Shown here: positions 27,357 to 35,331 of the stretch, piece after piece | How positions within the stretch are numbered: the stretch's first letter is position 1 | How the letters are laid out: each line of letters starts with the position of its first letter | DNA from: Candidatus Babeliales bacterium | GTDB taxonomy: Bacteria; Babelota; Babeliae; Babelales; CAIQNR01 | NCBI GenBank assembly: GCA_021735725.1 | Contig: JAIPGS010000001.1 | Span: 1-43,428 of the forward strand | Length of the DNA stretch: 43,428 nucleotides | Direction of reading: 5' to 3' | Notes under the pieces: model-generated | The model's database searches: none | What the model saw: only the letters and a program-made list of their open reading frames with translations | Told to the model about the DNA's origin: nothing | Program-made: the position numbers and the translations under genes

Positions 27357-27727
27357 AGACCTTTTTTTGTATAATAGAAAACTTTCTTCTTTTGATGCTC
27401 ACAATAACCAACTTAAAAAAATTCCTACTTTCCTTTTTTATTTAGTATAAAAAAAACAAATCAGGAAAAAAAACAAAAAAAAATATATACTCGAAAAATA
27501 AATTTTTCTCACAATAATTTAACTTTTCTTGATCCTCAATTAACCTGTGATCTTAAACAAGTAGCATTATTAAATATACAAAATAATCAATTTGAAAGAT
27601 GCCCAGCACAAGAAATACATAATGCCCGAACAAAAAAATTACAACTTCTCATCACCACTCTTTTGTGCAACTGTTCTCATGCAAATCATTAGAATCGACG
27701 TTTCTTTTTTCCAATTACTGCAATTTT
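26964..27727 (+). repeat. tandem direct duplication, 2 x about 382 bp
   Basis: acagtacctgaagaccttttttt... starts at both 26964 and 27346. The first 150 nt or so are nearly identical and the remainder is more diverged (by eye about 70-75%). Both copies end with aatcgacgtttcttttt(t)cccaatta..gcaat. Confidence 0.9.
27346..27692 (+). pseudogene. decayed second copy of the LRR gene 3' region
   Basis: Translates as VPEDLFLYNRKLSSFDAHNNQLKKIPTFLFYLV*. After frame breaks in A-runs it continues ...LTFLDPQLTCDLKQVALLNIQNNQFERCPAQE...LLCNCSHANH*. It is 4 nt shorter than copy 1 between anchor points. Confidence 0.75.
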
Positions 27728-29110
27728 GAGTTCTTCTTTATCGGTAACTCCTTTAGTAATTTGCAATTTATAGGCAAGAGATAATGCTCTACCCATTTTT
27801 GGTCCTGGTGGAATAAAATCAAGAACATCTTTACCCATCAAAATAGGAGCTTCTGGTTGCAACAAAACACCATATTTTTCTGCTTCATCTAAAAATTTTT
27901 GTATATCTGGATACATTGCATCAGAAAACGGTGCTCCTTTTGCTGGATTACGCGCTGCTTTATCACACACTGCAAGAAGCGCCAATTGCTTACAATTCAA
28001 TTCTGGATCAAGCTTTTGAGCAAGCCGTTTATATGCTTTATGTCCTGCATGATTTTTAATAAATTGACCAGGAGTCATATGATATTTCACCATTTTTTTG
28101 ACAACATCTTTAATATCATTTTTACCGGTAATACGCCCAAGCAACGCATATGATAAAGCCATTCCTTTAATATCGTGTTTTAATGCGCGAATTTTCCCGT
28201 CAACTTCTTGAGTTGTTACAGCTTTGCCCAAATCATGACACAAAAGCGCACAGACCATTAAAAATTTTTCATCTTTTGTAGCATATTCTTTTTGTGCAGC
28301 TGCATCCATAGCTTGTTTAGTATGTTCAAAAACATCTCCTTCAGGATGCCAACTTGGTTCCTGTGGAATTCCAATGGTAGCATAAAGTTCTGGTAAAATT
28401 TCTTTTAATCGTCCATTATCCTGAAGCCATTGAATTCCCAATGATGGTCTTTGTGATTTTGTAAAAAGTTTTTCAAACTCTCCATAAATACGCTCTTGTG
28501 CAATTTCAGAAAGATCCATTTTTTTACATAACTCATTCAATTCATGATCTGGATACATTTCAAGACGGCCAACAAAGTGCATCACTCTAAAAAAACGAAG
28601 AGGATCTTCTTTAAATTTTTCTGGATCAGGCGCGCGTAAAATATTGTTTTCAAGATCTTTTTGCCCATTAAAAGGATCTTCTAATTTAAATGTTACCAGA
28701 TCTATTCCCATTGCATTTACTGTTAAATCTCTCCGCGAAAATGCATCTTTTATACTCATATAAGGATTTAATGTTACTTTTGGTTTTCTTCCCGCACTAT
28801 CAGAACGTGGAATAGACCAATCAACATCAATACCATCAATTTTAAGAACACCAAACTGTTTTCCCACAGTACGAACATGCCCAAAACGTTTCAATATTGC
28901 TTCAACTTGTTCAATCTGCATGCCATGAACTTCAATATCTAAATCTTTAACTTCTACTGCCCGAAGCACATCCCGAACAGCTCCCCCCACAAGTAAAGCT
29001 CTTCCACCCGATGCACTTAATGCTTGAACAATAGTAGTAATATTTCCAAATAATGGAAGAATTGTTTGAGCTAATTTTTGAATGTTTTGTGTAACTCTTG
29101 TAGACTGCAT
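27689..29110 (-). CDS. cca: CCA-adding tRNA nucleotidyltransferase with HD domain
   Basis: GGAVRDVLR...DLDIEV head motif, RRDLTVNAM, and HD-domain LLCHDLGK. Confidence 0.85.
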   Translation of the reverse strand: MQSTRVTQNIQKLAQTILPLFGNITTIVQALSASGGRALLVGGAVRDVLRAVEVKDLDIEVHGMQIEQVEAILKRFGHVRTVGKQFGVLKIDGIDVDWSIPRSDSAGRKPKVTLNPYMSIKDAFSRRDLTVNAMGIDLVTFKLEDPFNGQKDLENNILRAPDPEKFKEDPLRFFRVMHFVGRLEMYPDHELNELCKKMDLSEIAQERIYGEFEKLFTKSQRPSLGIQWLQDNGRLKEILPELYATIGIPQEPSWHPEGDVFEHTKQAMDAAAQKEYATKDEKFLMVCALLCHDLGKAVTTQEVDGKIRALKHDIKGMALSYALLGRITGKNDIKDVVKKMVKYHMTPGQFIKNHAGHKAYKRLAQKLDPELNCKQLALLAVCDKAARNPAKGAPFSDAMYPDIQKFLDEAEKYGVLLQPEAPILMGKDVLDFIPPGPKMGRALSLAYKLQITKGVTDKEELKIAVIGKKKRRF

Positions 29111-29151
29111 GTGTATAAAATCCTCTTACTTTAAAATCAAAGGAATGGTGT

Positions 29152-29937
29152 ATGAAACGTACTCTTATTATTATTGGACTCTTAGGACACTGTACTCCAA
29201 TCAACTCATTTTGGGAATCTTTTTCATTCTTTACTACTGAAAAAGAAGAAATAATTTCACTTGATAAAAAAGTTCCAACAGATTGTTCAATTACAATCAA
29301 AAATAAAAAAGGGAATATTTTCGTTAAAACATGGAATAAACACAAAGTTGTTGTTGAAGCATGCAAAAAAGGAATAGAAAAAACATTAAAAAATGCATTA
29401 ATTGAACTTACTGTACATCAAAACAATGTAACTCTTGCAACAACAAATATTGATGATCAAGAAACGTGCTCTATTAACTACACCGTATTAATTCCTGCAC
29501 AAGTAAAAACCCTTTCACTTCATACTGAAAAAGGAAACATTAGTGCTGAAAACATTTCAGGACAAGTTATAGCAAACACAGAAAAAGGAAACATTAACCT
29601 TATTAATATTAATGGAACTTTAAAAACAACAACAGAAAAAGGGAACATTTCTTTTTCTACAAAAAATCTTGACTCTCATCATTCAATTCTTGCAATCACA
29701 CAAAAAGGTAATGTTTCAATTGCATTGCCAGAAAAAACAAGTGCAACCGTTCAAGCTACCACACATAAAGGAGTAATTACTTCTGAACATACGGTAACTA
29801 CACAACCACGGACCATGAAAATTAATAAACATACCGCTGCTCAATTAAATAAAGAGCTTTTTTGCACAATTGGATCAGGTGGTCCTTCATTAAAAATACA
29901 TACCGGCAAAGGTACTATTGATTTTATAATTTCATAA
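29152..29937 (+). CDS. secreted DUF4097-like (putative beta-helical adhesin) protein
   Basis: Signal peptide, then reiterated TEKGNIS/TEKGNIN/TQKGNVS/THKGVIT strands typical of the DUF4097/LiaG-like repeat. Confidence 0.6.
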   Translation: MKRTLIIIGLLGHCTPINSFWESFSFFTTEKEEIISLDKKVPTDCSITIKNKKGNIFVKTWNKHKVVVEACKKGIEKTLKNALIELTVHQNNVTLATTNIDDQETCSINYTVLIPAQVKTLSLHTEKGNISAENISGQVIANTEKGNINLININGTLKTTTEKGNISFSTKNLDSHHSILAITQKGNVSIALPEKTSATVQATTHKGVITSEHTVTTQPRTMKINKHTAAQLNKELFCTIGSGGPSLKIHTGKGTIDFIIS

Positions 29938-30183
29938 TTTAAAATTATAAACATTGTCCCATTTTAAGCTTATTTCCTCTTTTTATGTATTTTACGAAAA
30001 TATAAAAAACACCCTTTTTTTAATGCTTTTTTACTTTTTTTTAAGCCAAAAATAAGCTTTATCAAAAAAACAACCCCACAAAAACTGTTGATTTCACTGA
30101 TCCACTCATGATATTCTAAAAATCAGGTAGTTATATTAACCGACCCAACTGAATGGAGGGTCACAAAAAAAAGGAGAGTTATT

Positions 30184-30612
30184 ATGAAAAAAACTCTATT
30201 AGTTATAAGTATGTTGGTTGTATCACATTCAATACACTCGCTTAAGGCGAATCATCCAATGCAAAAAGATACCCCAGAAATGATACAATGGGCAAACAAC
30301 ATGGAAAAATGGATAGCAGGAAATCACAGTATAACATCAGCGGAACGGGCTAGACTGGATAAACTGAAAAGCCAATACGGAAGGGTAGCAGGAATACAAA
30401 AATGGCAGGAAGAACGCATGCATGAAGCGCCTAAGCCAGCACTAACCGCGGAACAACAATGGGCACAAGATATGGAACAATGGATAGCAGGAAATACAAG
30501 TATAACATCAGCAGAAAAGGCTAGACTGGTTGTTCTGAAAAGCCTCTATGGACCAGTAGAAGGAGTACGAAAATGGCAGGAAGAACACATGGCAGCAATC
30601 GATAAAAAATAG
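30184..30612 (+). CDS. secreted protein with internal 57-aa duplication
   Basis: Signal peptide MKKTLLVISMLVVSHSIHS and a strong AAGGAG SD. Two repeats: QWAxxMExWIAGNxSITSAExARLxxLKSxYGxVxGxxKWQEEHM. Confidence 0.7.
   Translation: MKKTLLVISMLVVSHSIHSLKANHPMQKDTPEMIQWANNMEKWIAGNHSITSAERARLDKLKSQYGRVAGIQKWQEERMHEAPKPALTAEQQWAQDMEQWIAGNTSITSAEKARLVVLKSLYGPVEGVRKWQEEHMAAIDKK
30286..30594 (+). repeat. 171-bp-period intragenic direct repeat (2 units)
   Basis: caatgggca... starts at 30286 and 30457. DNA identity is about 80% by eye. Confidence 0.85.
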
Positions 30613-30675
30613 AATAGTGGAACCTCGTTTAATTCCTAAATGAAATCCTGTTTTAACTTTAAAGGATTACATTTT

Positions 30676-30701
30676 GTTTTGAGAAATTCTTTTCTCAAAA
30701 C
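30676..30701. other. perfect 10-bp stem-loop downstream of the repeat-protein gene
   Basis: gttttgagaa (30676-30685), loop attctt, ttctcaaaac (30692-30701). No clear U-tract, so terminator status is uncertain. Confidence 0.5.
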
Positions 30702-31030
30702 AATACATATCAATAAAAAGGGAGCAATTTATTTTGTTCTCTTTTTTTATATGTGTTTTATAAAAATATAATGACACTATAACATTCCACTCTTTTTATA
30801 ATGATTCCCCCCCAACCAATTCAAATGTTCACAATAAAGCATTTATTATCATTAAACTGGATAAAGGCAACACTATACATCTTTATACTTCAGATACCGT
30901 TCATGCTGATTGCCCTTTTGAACTGTCTTTCCTTTTAGAATCTAAACAAAACACTTAAAAGACGCTATTGATTTTATAATCTCATAATTCTATACTTAAA
31001 AAACTCCCCATTTTTACAATAAGGTTGTAT

Positions 31031-31834
31031 ATGAATTTTTTTTCTGTTTTTATTATCGTTGTTGGAATATTAATGAGTGTCGCATGGTATTTAGGAGATA
31101 CTCCTCAATTTTTTGAAAGAACCATCTTAGAAAGTAACACTCTTTTTTCTGACGAAGAAGAATCAGAACATACTTATAAAGTCTCTCCCCATGTTTCCGT
31201 CTTTCTTGCAAATATTAATGGACCTATCACTTTTATTGGTCACGAAAAAAATGAAATAAAAATTCTTACTACAAAAAAAGGAAATAAAAATCATTTTAAA
31301 AATGTTTCATCAGAAATTCATGTTGATGATGAATTTGTTTCTATCAAAACACTTTATAGCAAACGATATAACCATACTGCTGTTTCTGTAGTTTACCAAG
31401 TATTTGTTCCACATAACGCGCTTCTAAAATTAATTTCAAACATTAATGGATCAATTACTATCGATCATGTACATAATCATATACATACAAAAAATGTAAA
31501 TGGATTAACCACTATCAACGGTTCGCAAAATTCAGTTGCAGCAGAAACAGTAAATGGAACCATACATATTTCTGTTGATGCATTAAAAAAAGATCAAACA
31601 ATTTCATTATCTTCTACAAATGGCACTATTGAATGCTTTATTCCTGAAACTCTTGCTGCCTCTATTGATGCAAAAGCATTAGTTGGAACTGTTGTTTCTG
31701 ATTTTAAATTTTCACATTATGAAAAAAAATTAACAGGAATCCATGCAACAGGAACAAGAGGGAACAATGAAGGTGGAACCATCACCATTAATGTAATCAA
31801 TGGAAGAATCCATCTTCATAAATCCCTTTCTTAA
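31031..31834 (+). CDS. membrane-anchored DUF4097-like protein
   Basis: N-terminal TM segment FFSVFIIVVGILMSVAWYL. Reiterated xNGxIxI strands (INGSITI, VNGLTTI, VNGTIHI, TNGTIEC, INGRIHL). ATG 31031 is preferred over the TTG at 31025. Confidence 0.6.
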   Translation: MNFFSVFIIVVGILMSVAWYLGDTPQFFERTILESNTLFSDEEESEHTYKVSPHVSVFLANINGPITFIGHEKNEIKILTTKKGNKNHFKNVSSEIHVDDEFVSIKTLYSKRYNHTAVSVVYQVFVPHNALLKLISNINGSITIDHVHNHIHTKNVNGLTTINGSQNSVAAETVNGTIHISVDALKKDQTISLSSTNGTIECFIPETLAASIDAKALVGTVVSDFKFSHYEKKLTGIHATGTRGNNEGGTITINVINGRIHLHKSLS

Positions 31835-31913
31835 CTCTTGTTTTTACTCTTTTAAATAACGTATAGTTTTGTCATGTTAATTATGATAAAACAACTTATT
31901 TTTAAGGGATAAA

Positions 31914-32621
31914 ATGCGTTTTTTTTTAATAGTTCTTCTCATCATCTTACATACCCCTTTTTTATTTTCAACAGAAAATTTTCCACTCCCCATTGCTTTT
32001 GATTCACTCAATACTACCGCACCTCAGAATCTCGCGAATTCATTGCCTATTAAATATCCCCAAATAGATGAAATGATTAAACGAGATGTTCGCATACCCT
32101 TTTCTTATGATAAAAATAAAAAAGAGCATACTTTCGATTCTCTTTCTATTCTTTTTAGTATTGATAATTATTGTACTATTTATAAAACCCAAGAAAAAGA
32201 AGAAGAAACTTTCACTCTTCAACTTTCCCAATTTACGTCTCAGCTTCAACATGAAAGTACCGAAGCATACCGAAATCTTGATTATTATTTTGATCCAATG
32301 ACAGGTGTAAAAAGTAAATCATGGGCATCAACAGCACATTCTGAATGTTTAAGAAAAAAAATGCTATTACAATCATGCCCTGCAGAGAAACTTAAAGATC
32401 TGCTCCATCAAGAATATATAAAAATTCTGAATTACCAGATAATTTTTAAAGAAGGAATAGATGCATTACATAAAAAAACTGTAAATAATAGCCAATATAT
32501 TGTCCCTACCTTTTACATGAAACAATTAATAGCCATTGAAAATGATAAACAAGAGTGTCCCAATCCATTTCTAGTTGCGTATTTATACAGAGAAATTGAA
32601 AAACGAAAAAAAGGAAAATAA
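31914..32621 (+). CDS. secreted hypothetical protein
   Basis: Signal peptide MRFFLIVLLIILHTPFLFS. No recognisable motif. Confidence 0.5.
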   Translation: MRFFLIVLLIILHTPFLFSTENFPLPIAFDSLNTTAPQNLANSLPIKYPQIDEMIKRDVRIPFSYDKNKKEHTFDSLSILFSIDNYCTIYKTQEKEEETFTLQLSQFTSQLQHESTEAYRNLDYYFDPMTGVKSKSWASTAHSECLRKKMLLQSCPAEKLKDLLHQEYIKILNYQIIFKEGIDALHKKTVNNSQYIVPTFYMKQLIAIENDKQECPNPFLVAYLYREIEKRKKGK

Positions 32622-32632
32622 CCAAGATGTTA

Positions 32633-32705
32633 TGGAGCTGACCGGGGTCGAACCGGTGGCCTCATGAATGCCATCCATGCGCTCTACCAACTGAGCTACA
32701 GCCCC
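32633..32705 (-). tRNA. tRNA-Ala (anticodon GGC), no encoded CCA
   Basis: Folded by hand: acceptor GGGGCTG/CAGCTCC with the G3:U70 Ala identity pair, D arm GCTC-AGTTGGTA-GAGC, anticodon arm CATGG-ATGGCAT-TCATG, and T arm ACCGG-TTCGACC-CCGGT. Discriminator A is followed by TAA, not CCA. Confidence 0.93.
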
Positions 32706-32726
32706 ATACTTTGCGACTACCAGAAA

Positions 32727-32755
32727 ATGATAGTATAGTAAGTGTAATTTATCAA
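32727..32755 (-). promoter_or_regulatory. sigma70-like promoter candidate for tRNA-Ala
   Basis: On the minus strand, TTGATA (32755-32750), 17-nt spacer, TATCAT (32732-32727), about 20 nt upstream of the tRNA 5' end. Confidence 0.45.
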
Positions 32756-32788
32756 AATAAAAACACAACTTTTTAAGGAGATCATAGT

Positions 32789-34225
32789 ATGAAACATAAG
32801 CTTTTAATTAGCTTTTTTATAATCAATTCTTTTATCCCAACTACAGTGCCCCACGAAGAAACAACTCATCACAACGCACATCAAAATCACTCAACAAATT
32901 CCCATACTCTTCCCTCTGAAGATCATAATTTTTTTAAAGACATACAAGTCGCTCTTAAAGAAAAATCAAAAAATATTTCAGAATTTTTAAAAAATACTAT
33001 TATCAATTCTGAATCATGGTTTTTACGGCTTATGTTTGCATTAATTTTAGGAATTTTATTAAGTTTAACTCCATGTATTTATCCAATGATTCCCATCACT
33101 GTTGGTATTTTACAAGCCCAGGGAAGTAAATCAATTCTAAAAAACTTTTCACTTTCATTTATGTACACACTTGGTCTTGCTACAACATTTTCTTTGCTAG
33201 GACTCCTTGCCGCCTCATCAGGAGAAGCATTTGGAAGCATTATGGCAAACCCCATCTTTATTCTTTGCTTTGTAACTCTTCTTGCATATTTTGCATTTTC
33301 GATGTTTGGACTTTATAATCTTCACATTCCACGGTTTTTACAAAAAAAACGAGACATCAGCGGAGGAGGATCATATGCTTCAATATTTCTTTTTGGACTT
33401 GCAAGTGGAAGTGTTGCTTCGCCATGCCTTTCTCCCGGACTTGCTTTTTTACTCGCAATGGTTGCAACAATGGCAAACAAATTTCTTGGATTTTTACTCC
33501 TTTTTGCTTTTGGAGTTGGTGTAAGTACTCCACTTCTTATCATCGGAACATTTTCAGGATCAATGAATGCTCTTCCAAAAGCAGGGGCATGGATGCTTGA
33601 AGTACAAAAACTTTTTGGATTTATGCTTTTAGGGCTCTGCTTTTTTTACCTCAACAATATTTTACCTTGGTACATTATTCTTATCATGTTAACCATTTTT
33701 GCATTATGTTCAGGGCTTTATTACCTACGCTCTGTGACAACACATGACTCCTCTATCTCAAAAAATATTAAAAATGTTTTAGGAGTAACAGGTATCGCTC
33801 TTTCTGTATATCTTGCAGTTGAAAGTTTTCAGGAAATATATTACCCAACACTCGATGAAGACCCTTTTGAATCAACATGGTACACTGATTATGACAAAGC
33901 AATTAAAGATGCAAAACATGAACGCAAAAAACTCTTTTTAGATTTTGGAGCTTCATTTTGTACTCTGTGTACTCATATTACTAACCACGTTATTAAGCAC
34001 CCTTCAGTCATAAAAGTACTTTCTGAAAAATATATTTTTGTTACTATTAATGGTGATGATTCTGCTATTGAACCATACAAAACACTGAAAGAACGTTACA
34101 GCATTCAAGGATTTCCAACGCTTATAGTTGTTAACCCAGAAGATGGATCTGAACTTAAACGTTGGCAAGGTGAAATCGAAGACGAATCAATTAGCGATGT
34201 TATAACAGAATTGAACAAATACTAA
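32789..34225 (+). CDS. dsbD: thiol:disulfide interchange protein DsbD-like (membrane CcdA/DsbD core plus C-terminal thioredoxin domain)
   Basis: LTPCIYPMIPIT and ASPCLSPGLA are the two DsbD-beta cysteine motifs. The C-terminal thioredoxin fold has FCTLC (CxxC). The N-terminal region is His-rich with no Cys pair. Confidence 0.8.
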   Translation: MKHKLLISFFIINSFIPTTVPHEETTHHNAHQNHSTNSHTLPSEDHNFFKDIQVALKEKSKNISEFLKNTIINSESWFLRLMFALILGILLSLTPCIYPMIPITVGILQAQGSKSILKNFSLSFMYTLGLATTFSLLGLLAASSGEAFGSIMANPIFILCFVTLLAYFAFSMFGLYNLHIPRFLQKKRDISGGGSYASIFLFGLASGSVASPCLSPGLAFLLAMVATMANKFLGFLLLFAFGVGVSTPLLIIGTFSGSMNALPKAGAWMLEVQKLFGFMLLGLCFFYLNNILPWYIILIMLTIFALCSGLYYLRSVTTHDSSISKNIKNVLGVTGIALSVYLAVESFQEIYYPTLDEDPFESTWYTDYDKAIKDAKHERKKLFLDFGASFCTLCTHITNHVIKHPSVIKVLSEKYIFVTINGDDSAIEPYKTLKERYSIQGFPTLIVVNPEDGSELKRWQGEIEDESISDVITELNKY

Positions 34226-34237
34226 ATAATTTTAAGT

Positions 34238-34268
34238 AAAAAAAGGCCCTTAATTGGGCCTTTTTTTG
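34238..34268. terminator. bidirectional rho-independent terminator
   Basis: aaaaaaaggccc-ttaatt-gggccttttttt. Sits between convergent genes ending at 34225 (+) and 34283 (-). Confidence 0.85.
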
Positions 34269-34282
34269 TTATGCACAAAATA

Positions 34283-34615
34283 TTAAAAATTATCGTTCTC
34301 TTCTAAAGGAACAAGAGCGTTTCGCCTTCTTGCAAGCCGCCCTTCAGGAATGTGATCACTCAATTGTCGGTCTGCTAGATCAACTAAATGATGATAACGC
34401 ATAATCGACTCTTCATTTTCTTGTAAAGCATGCTCTTTTATCTTATTCAGTGTTAAATGAGCATTAGCTAAAAAAGGAGTATTTTCTTTTCCGGGATGAC
34501 GCTGTAAAACATTATTAATGTGATTAAACAATTGATTAACTTTAACCTCATGTGGCACTGCAATTAATGAAGAAACACTCCATAAAATTCCTACCATCAA
34601 ACCTATTTTTTTCAT
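34283..34615 (-). CDS. small secreted hypothetical protein
   Basis: Signal peptide MKKIGLMVGILWSVSSLIA. GGAGG lies 5 nt upstream of ATG 34615; the track start 34663 is less likely. Confidence 0.55.
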   Translation of the reverse strand: MKKIGLMVGILWSVSSLIAVPHEVKVNQLFNHINNVLQRHPGKENTPFLANAHLTLNKIKEHALQENEESIMRYHHLVDLADRQLSDHIPEGRLARRRNALVPLEENDNF

Positions 34616-34817
34616 AAAACCCTCCCTTTTTCTTTTATTTTCATTCATTATTAATGATATCACGACCAGGCCTGATTATTCAAGAAATAAGAATAAAATT
34701 TTTATTACTCATGCATGATGGGCTTATTTTTACAAAAAACAACCCATCCCTTGTATTTCCCTTGCTACATGCTTTATACTTTATAATAAGAGGTTATACG
34801 TTAGTGGAGGGGTTGTT

Positions 34818-34892
34818 ATGAATTTTTTTATAATTATATTCTTTTTTTTTAGCTGGTCTATTTTTTTAGGTAACTTTAAAAAAAGCTTTTAA
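34818..34892 (+). CDS. possible 24-aa hydrophobic peptide
   Basis: Read by hand: MNFFIIIFFFFSWSIFLGNFKKSF. A strong GGAGGGG SD ends 5 nt before the ATG, and a TTGCTA...TATAAT-like promoter lies upstream. The stop is 3 nt from the convergent hpf stop. No homology evidence. Confidence 0.25.
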   Translation: MNFFIIIFFFFSWSIFLGNFKKSF

Positions 34893-34895
34893 TTA

Positions 34896-35252
34896 CTAGT
34901 CGATATCTTCGTACTCATCATCAAAAACTAATAAATCAGCTTTTTGATTTCGTTGATCAATATTTTTATTTTTATTCTTCTTTATTTCCTCTATAAGAAC
35001 TTTAATAACATGATCTATTTCATAATAAAGATCTTCACCTTCATGCTTAATAATAAAATGATTATGTTTACTGTGTATACGAATTTCTACTTTATGATGA
35101 GCATGAACTCGATGTGCTTCAAGAAGCACTTCTATTGTTATAGGATCGGGCTCTTTTTCTAAATATTTAGCTACTTTTTCAAGCGCTAAGTGTACATAAT
35201 TCTCTGCAAGGTCTGAATGATCCATTCCACGAAAAGAGATTTGTATATTCAT
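34896..35252 (-). CDS. hpf: ribosome hibernation promoting factor (short HPF/RaiA type)
   Basis: MNIQISFRGMDHSDLAENYVHLALEKVAKYL matches the HPF/sigma54-modulation-protein N-terminus. ATG 35252 is preferred over the track start 35285. Confidence 0.85.
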   Translation of the reverse strand: MNIQISFRGMDHSDLAENYVHLALEKVAKYLEKEPDPITIEVLLEAHRVHAHHKVEIRIHSKHNHFIIKHEGEDLYYEIDHVIKVLIEEIKKNKNKNIDQRNQKADLLVFDDEYEDID

Positions 35253-35331
35253 CTTATATTCCCTGATACTAAAAAGTGTGACCAATTTTTATTACACTAT
35301 CAAAAAAGAGAAAAGAAAGAAATCTTAATTA

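Noticed and set aside
27244-27450. 68-aa plus-strand ORF spanning the duplication junction
   Set aside because: It is a chimera of an out-of-frame stretch of LRR copy 1 and the first 33 codons of decayed copy 2. It is better explained as the pseudogenised duplicate.
32583-32768. 61-aa minus-strand ORF (…GAVAQLVERMDGIHEATGSTPVSS…)
   Set aside because: It is the translation of the tRNA-Ala gene and its flanks. The region folds as a canonical tRNA, so it is not a CDS.
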